Below are positions 63,562 to 64,000 of a DNA stretch of 64,000 nt, piece by piece. Location: the NCBI GenBank assembly GCA_030637025.1, contig DAOVVV010000002.1, positions 1-64,000 on the forward strand, written 5' to 3'. The stretch is from Clostridia bacterium (lineage in GTDB: Bacteria; CBDUZB01; JAGLHV01). A model generated the notes under the pieces. It made no database searches, was not told where the DNA came from, and worked only from the letters and a program-made list of their open reading frames with translations. Position numbers and translations under genes: made by a program. The first letter of the stretch is position 1; each line of letters opens with the position of its first letter.

Positions 63562-63626
63562 TCTTTTCTTTCTCCGGCATAAAAAAATTAATTACATTTT
63601 ATTTACTTCGTATTCTCTTAATTAAT

Positions 63627-63668
63627 TAAACTCAAGTTTTGTCTTTCAATACACAAAACTTGAGTTTA
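63627..63668. terminator. Perfect 16-bp-stem hairpin (terminator or small palindromic element)
   Basis: TAAACTCAAGTTTTGT-10 nt-ACAAAACTTGAGTTTA. Confidence 0.5.
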
Positions 63669-64000
63669 TCAACAAAGGTTCTTTTTAGTAAACTTTAAAC
63701 AAATTACCCTTTACCAACTTAAAATTAGTCAATATTCGGTTCTTTTCGTTAGTGTCAAGATTTATTCCGACTTTCATCTTTAAGCACAGTTTTTTTTCCG
63801 CAGATATAATAAAAGGCATATTATATTGGGAACTTTCGTAAATAATGCGGAATAATACGCCAACTAAAAAAAATTAAAAAATAAAGGTAAAATGTGTTTT
63901 TAACGATTTAGTAAATTTTAATAAAAATAAGCGTTTAAAAAATGGGCTTGTTTTGAGAGTATCACCGAGTCGTTCTTTTTTAATTTATTTTTGGGTACCT

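Noticed and set aside
63770-63870. Possible structured RNA near the window end
   Set aside because: Some pairing potential (CCGCA/TGCGG, ATATAAT/ATTATAT) but no family motif recognised; a covariance-model search would be needed.

Overview
AT-rich bacterial chromosome segment from a Gram-negative, probably anaerobic organism. The gene set (PorV/PorQ-family barrel, TPR-GH2-like protein, lipid A/Kdo genes) suggests Elusimicrobiota or a similar lineage, but this is inference only. Almost every gene is on the minus strand. Core blocks: purS-guaB3-dut-nrdD-redoxin-nrdR (with NrdR boxes), ligA-nusB-rib operon, comM, purH/N/M-pyrE/F, LPS core and lipid A genes, secF-secD-yajC-tgt, tRNA-Pro(CGG), polyamine genes (speD, speE, decarboxylase), a PHP-STAS-anti-sigma module and tRNA-Gly(CCC). 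No transposase, integrase, reverse transcriptase or CRISPR array is present. The intergenic DNA is nevertheless rich in small structured elements: (i) mosaics of 7-bp AG-periodic tandem repeats just after stop codons at three loci, two of them followed by accessory genes (a HEPN-like protein and PIN toxin; PAS and SPOR proteins); (ii) a modular palindromic element family in four copies that grows by stepwise nesting, two copies forming an 86-bp inverted repeat around a non-canonical class III cyclase gene next to tRNA-Gly; (iii) GTAG-type REP-like hairpins and a nested MITE. Other oddities are strong CCGG enrichment in core genes but not in the HEPN islet, a 31-aa repeat protein, a lipoprotein with about 22 LRRs and a Derlin-like pseudoprotease. 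All product calls come from motif recognition; no database search was run.
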